DNA of 31,969 nucleotides. It comes from a virus. Taxonomy: Duplodnaviria; Heunggongvirae; Uroviricota; Caudoviricetes. The stretch's first letter is position 1; each line of letters begins with the position of its first letter. A program made the translations under genes and the position numbers. The notes under the pieces are model-generated. The model saw only the letters and a program-made list of their open reading frames with translations. It had not been told where the DNA came from and did no database searches. The stretch is from the IMG/VR virus record IMGVR_UViG_3300046543_000050; one strand, written 5' to 3'. Positions 25,500-31,969 of the stretch are shown here, in pieces.

Positions 25500-27896
25500 A
25501 TGGATTACGTTCTCAAAAGTTCGATTCATACAGTCATCGGGGAGACGATCATTGCGGACATTCGTTCGCAGCGGTCTGCTTACTATTTCTTCGTCGGTGG
25601 ACTGGACCTCTCAAACGGCACAGGTTCAACCAGTGCGGATGACACTTACGCATATGAATTGGGCGTTCGGGACCAGATCATCGGACTGAAGAAGATTCAG
25701 GATTCCGATGTATCGTTCGTGATCCCACGCATCGACTGGACGACTGGCATCGTGTATGACCAGTACGATGACTATTCGCCTACGTACCCGGCTGCGTCGG
25801 GCGCTACATCCATTGATGCGGCACAGTTCTACGTAGTGACGGATGAATTCAAGGTCTACAAGTGTCTGTACAACAATAATGGTGCAGCTTCGACCGTGAA
25901 GCCGACCTCGACGTTGGCAACACCGTTCTACTCACCTGACGGCTATCGCTGGAAGTTCATGTACTTGATTCCACTGTCGGCACGGAACCGCTTCATGAAC
26001 AGTGCGTTCATCCCGGTTCAGACGGCATTACTGGACAACTTCTATTCGGCTGGTCAGATTCTTACCACAGCACTCCTGAATATGGGGACTGGCTACACCA
26101 CGGCATCGATCCTGATCGACGGTGACGGCCAAGGTGCAGTGTTGACCCCGGTTATCTCGGGTGGACAGATCATTCAGGTGATCGTGACCAATCCGGGCAC
26201 TGGATACACGTATGCGAACCTCACGGTGTCTGGTGATGGTACGGGTGCGAACATCGTCGCGACCCTCTCTGTGGGCGATCTGGACACGTCACAGGCCGAT
26301 GTTGAACTGTTGGCAACGCGTGGGACCATTGAAGCCTACCGCATCACCAATGGTGGTGCTGGCTATGCTGCGACTGGTGTTCCCAATACCGGTCTGGCTG
26401 ATGGTGTCTCGACACTGTTCCAATTGACTGATGGTGGTGCAACTGTCGTTCCGTTCCAAGGTATGGAAACTATCTACCTGACGAACTGGCAAGGCACGCA
26501 AAAGCTGTACACGTCACAACGCACGAACCTGCATCCGTACTCAGACACCATCGGCGATGCACATTACTCGTTGTCGCGCGTCGCGGTTACACAAGATGCC
26601 ACAACTGGTCGTGATGGTTCGATGTCAATGTCGAAAATTCTGATCAATTCGGCGGGCACGGCATACGCGGGTCTGTTGACGGGTAGCCGCCTTCCGGTCC
26701 TCGCTGCGACGGATTACACGTTCTCAGTTGATGTCAAGTATGGGAATGCCGCACAGTTGGCAATCCGAATCTATGACGTGACCATCGCGACCCTGATCGG
26801 CACGGTGATCCTGAATATGAATTCGGGTAGTCTTCCGACCGTATCGTCCAAGACTGCGGGCCTGACAGTGACCATCGGTGCGGGCACGAATAGCGCCTAT
26901 CGTGTCGGCATCACGTTCAACACTGGCACGTACACGGCAGTCACTTGCCTGATGTACCCGGACAATTCGTCCACGCTGAACAACTATTCGTACTTCGACA
27001 AGGCACAGTTGGAAGTGGGCGACTTCAGTACGTCCTACATCCCGGCAGTCGCGACCAGTGCGTCCAAGACTGACATCACGTCACTGACGGCGGATGGTCG
27101 CGTGTTGCTGAACTTCACGCCTCTCTCAACCGATGTGCTGACATGGGCTGGATCGTACAAGAACGTGACAGGTAATACGCAGACCGTAACAAATAGTCCG
27201 GTCGTGCCAGTATCGGCGATTGTGCTTCCCTCGGTGGCGATTGATGGTGATGGTACGGGTGCAGCGGGTTATCCGGTGATCAGCAATGGTCAGATCGTGG
27301 GTATCATCGTCTCGAATCCGGGTCAGAACTACACCAACGCAAGGGTCATCATCAACGGTAACGGACAGGGCGCAACGGCTGTTCCGATCTATGCCCCTCC
27401 GGGTGGTCATGGTAAGAATGCGATCAATGAGTTCAAGTCCACGCGGCTGTCGTTCTTCTCGAACCTCTTGAATGACAAGAACCAAGGTCTGTCAGTCTCG
27501 AACCGTTTTACCACGATTGGATTGCTACGGAATCCTAGTGAATATGGTTCAGATCGTTTCTACACTGGCGCATTGGCATCGGCATGTAACCTGATCACGT
27601 TCTCTGGTCCTGCACCATCCAAGAACGATCTGTTGTCAGACATCACCACTGGCAACCGTTTCCAAGTGATTCAGGTGAGTGGTACAAGTTTGTTGTTGCA
27701 AAATCTTGACAATTATGATCTGCCAAGTAATTCGTCTCTCCTAAATAATAACTCAGGTGGACAAATTGTGGCGCTCATTGTGACTGATCCGTCCATCGAC
27801 AAATTCTCTGGTGATCTGATGTTTATCGACAACTTTGCAATCAATCAGCAAGCGGGTCAACAGATCATTATTTTCAAGACCACTCTCAAATTCTAA
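25500..27896 (+). CDS. Baseplate wedge subunit gp8 with repeats and an inserted domain
   Basis: VIPRIDW..G..YDQY, FYVVTDEFKVYKCLYNN, DGYRWKFMY, PPGGHG, IGLLRNP. Start revised to MDYVLK. Confidence 0.88.
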   Translation: MDYVLKSSIHTVIGETIIADIRSQRSAYYFFVGGLDLSNGTGSTSADDTYAYELGVRDQIIGLKKIQDSDVSFVIPRIDWTTGIVYDQYDDYSPTYPAASGATSIDAAQFYVVTDEFKVYKCLYNNNGAASTVKPTSTLATPFYSPDGYRWKFMYLIPLSARNRFMNSAFIPVQTALLDNFYSAGQILTTALLNMGTGYTTASILIDGDGQGAVLTPVISGGQIIQVIVTNPGTGYTYANLTVSGDGTGANIVATLSVGDLDTSQADVELLATRGTIEAYRITNGGAGYAATGVPNTGLADGVSTLFQLTDGGATVVPFQGMETIYLTNWQGTQKLYTSQRTNLHPYSDTIGDAHYSLSRVAVTQDATTGRDGSMSMSKILINSAGTAYAGLLTGSRLPVLAATDYTFSVDVKYGNAAQLAIRIYDVTIATLIGTVILNMNSGSLPTVSSKTAGLTVTIGAGTNSAYRVGITFNTGTYTAVTCLMYPDNSSTLNNYSYFDKAQLEVGDFSTSYIPAVATSASKTDITSLTADGRVLLNFTPLSTDVLTWAGSYKNVTGNTQTVTNSPVVPVSAIVLPSVAIDGDGTGAAGYPVISNGQIVGIIVSNPGQNYTNARVIINGNGQGATAVPIYAPPGGHGKNAINEFKSTRLSFFSNLLNDKNQGLSVSNRFTTIGLLRNPSEYGSDRFYTGALASACNLITFSGPAPSKNDLLSDITTGNRFQVIQVSGTSLLLQNLDNYDLPSNSSLLNNNSGGQIVALIVTDPSIDKFSGDLMFIDNFAINQQAGQQIIIFKTTLKF

Positions 27897-30356
<2,460 letters not shown>

Positions 30357-30361
30357 GCACT

Positions 30362-30901
30362 ATGGCAACCTATACGTATCAGAGAATCGCGGACGGCAGT
30401 AGTGTCGTCTTGCGTTCGGATGGAGCACTGGTCACACTTGGTACTCCTGCATGGACGGACTATTTGTCATGGTTGTCAGTGGGGAATCAGCCGACTGCGG
30501 CGGACACATCGCCCCCGGTCATGCCGGTTCCCATTCCTACAGTTCCACAGATGGTCTTCCTTGTTGATGACGCTGTGGCCTCTGTGTACTCGAACTGGAC
30601 CCGTTTCCAGCAAGAGTACATCAGTCGGCAAGAAGCGGCACAAGCATTCAAGGATGCTAACTATCAGGGAACTCCGGGTGTATGGATCACAGCATTCGCA
30701 ACTGCGGTTGGAATTTCCAATCAAGTTGCGGCTGACACGATCCTCGCACAATCAGTAAGCCTGAATACAGCACTACAAACACTCGGGGCTTTGAGGATGC
30801 GCAAGTATGAAATCAGTTCTGCCAAGGATTTTCCCACGGCACAGGCATCGTTCAAGGACATCATCAGCAAGATCAAGCAAGTAGCAGCTTCACTTTCGTA
30901 A
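30362..30901 (+). CDS. Probable tail fibre assembly protein
   Basis: Directly after the fibre gene. VLRSDGA...WTDYLSWLSVGNQP motif. Confidence 0.6.
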   Translation: MATYTYQRIADGSSVVLRSDGALVTLGTPAWTDYLSWLSVGNQPTAADTSPPVMPVPIPTVPQMVFLVDDAVASVYSNWTRFQQEYISRQEAAQAFKDANYQGTPGVWITAFATAVGISNQVAADTILAQSVSLNTALQTLGALRMRKYEISSAKDFPTAQASFKDIISKIKQVAASLS

Positions 30902-30906
30902 TTATC

Positions 30907-30940
30907 GGCCCGGTCGGACAGGATGTTCACCGGGCCTTTT
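30907..30940 (+). terminator. Probable intrinsic terminator
   Basis: GGCCCGGT...ACCGGGCC followed by TTTT. Confidence 0.6.
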
Positions 30941-30958
30941 CATTCCTACGGAGTACTC

Positions 30959-31516
30959 ATGGTATATCTGAAATACGCATTCCTGACGCTTCTGAATCTC
31001 GCCTTCACCGGATTGGCAATGATCGTCGCACCATTGGTCGCACTGTTCACCAATGCTGACGGCTATCTTCCGAACTGGTTGAAATGGTTCCAAACCTTTG
31101 ATTCACCACTCGATGCTGGTTGGCGTGATGGCTATTTCGGCACATTCACAGCCCCGCCAGTCGGTCGGCAACTGTGGTGGCTACGTACTAAGTGGCTGTG
31201 GCGCAATCCGGCCTATGGCTTCTGCTATTGGATTCTGGGTACACCATTCACGCCGGAAGACTGGACCGTCGAGACATTCGTCAAAGATGGCAACTACACC
31301 AAGTTCGTCGCATGGTCGAAAGATCGGAAACACTTCTGCATCGGTTACAACGGACCTCTGGGTTCATACAAGTTCGGTTGGAAAGCATGGAACTACTTCC
31401 AGAAGCTGGACGAGAATGGTAAACCGGTCTGGAATACGACACCTTGGGGACCAGACTGGCTTGCACCAATCAGCTTCAGTCCGAACCCGTTCAAAGCTTT
31501 CACCTACAAGAAGTAA
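30959..31516 (+). CDS. Trp-rich membrane-anchored protein
   Basis: GGAG RBS before MVYLKY. N-terminal hydrophobic helix. LPNWLKWFQT.D..LD and WLWRNPAYGF motifs. Confidence 0.75.
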   Translation: MVYLKYAFLTLLNLAFTGLAMIVAPLVALFTNADGYLPNWLKWFQTFDSPLDAGWRDGYFGTFTAPPVGRQLWWLRTKWLWRNPAYGFCYWILGTPFTPEDWTVETFVKDGNYTKFVAWSKDRKHFCIGYNGPLGSYKFGWKAWNYFQKLDENGKPVWNTTPWGPDWLAPISFSPNPFKAFTYKK

Positions 31517-31520
31517 CCAA

Positions 31521-31549
31521 GGCCCGCCATTGTGCGGGCTTTTTGTTTT
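31521..31549 (+). terminator. Intrinsic terminator
   Basis: GGCCCGC-CATTGT-GCGGGCT followed by TTTTGTTTT. Confidence 0.8.
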
Positions 31550-31568
31550 GTCAAGCGTGCAGGATGTC

Positions 31569-31574
31569 TAAATA
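31569..31574 (+). promoter_or_regulatory. Putative late promoter (CTAAATA)
   Basis: TCTAAATAG between the terminator and the next structural gene. Confidence 0.6.
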
Positions 31575-31614
31575 GTATCTACAGAAACAATCACATTCCC
31601 CATTAAGGATTCGA

Positions 31615-31969
31615 ATGTCAGCCGAACTCTCTAATTTCAACACTACCCCGTACTACGATGACTACGACGAGGACAAGAAGTTCTACAAAATCTTGTTCAA
31701 GCCGGGTTACGCAGTACAGGCGCGTGAACTGACACAGCTTCAAACGATTCTGCAAAAGCAGATTCAGCGTCATGGTGACAACATCTTCAAAGATGGTGCA
31801 ATGGTGGTTCCGGGTGGAACCAGTGTTGACACGTCCTTCGCGTATGTGAAGGTCCAGAACACCTACAACAGTGGCACACAGGTTGCCAACTACACCGATC
31901 AGTTGGTTGGTGCATTCATCGTTGGTCAGACCTCGGGCGTTCGCGCACAGGTGATCAAGGTCGTCCATA
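31615..31969 (+). CDS. 3'-truncated DUF4815/VrlC-like virion structural protein (not in the ORF track)
   Basis: Translated by hand as MSAELSNFNTTPYYDDYDEDKKFYKILFKPGYAVQARELTQLQTILQKQI...IFKDGAMVVPG. AAGGA RBS. Confidence 0.88.
   Translation, partial: MSAELSNFNTTPYYDDYDEDKKFYKILFKPGYAVQARELTQLQTILQKQIQRHGDNIFKDGAMVVPGGTSVDTSFAYVKVQNTYNSGTQVANYTDQLVGAFIVGQTSGVRAQVIKVVH

Noticed and set aside
31618-31968. Minus-strand 116 aa ORF in the track
   Set aside because: It is the shadow of the real + strand DUF4815-like gene starting at 31615.

Overview
A 32 kb segment of a large T4-like (myovirus) phage genome. The + strand carries late and structural genes: an array of five His-rich helical-repeat proteins, thioredoxin, gp53-like wedge, hub/tail protein, a gp5 spike with two cell-wall hydrolase domains, gp25, gp6, gp7-like, gp8, a tail fibre with an intramolecular chaperone, and the start of a DUF4815/VrlC-like protein. 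Two blocks of small - strand genes (6.3-9.15 kb and 12.6-19.9 kb) with sigma70-type promoters interrupt the baseplate module and include an HNH endonuclease and a HAD phosphatase. A TAAATA box precedes several structural genes and resembles the T4 late promoter. The most notable observations are: (1) a tandem family of His-ladder repeat proteins with a shared N-terminal motif, next to a 'TKWC' protein; (2) a ~400 bp non-coding element after gp5 with strand-partitioned GNA-triloop mini-hairpins and short repeats, a candidate origin or ncRNA; (3) the same composite domain inserted in both gp7 and gp8; (4) the two-enzyme gp5. All family calls come from motif recognition by eye, with no database search.
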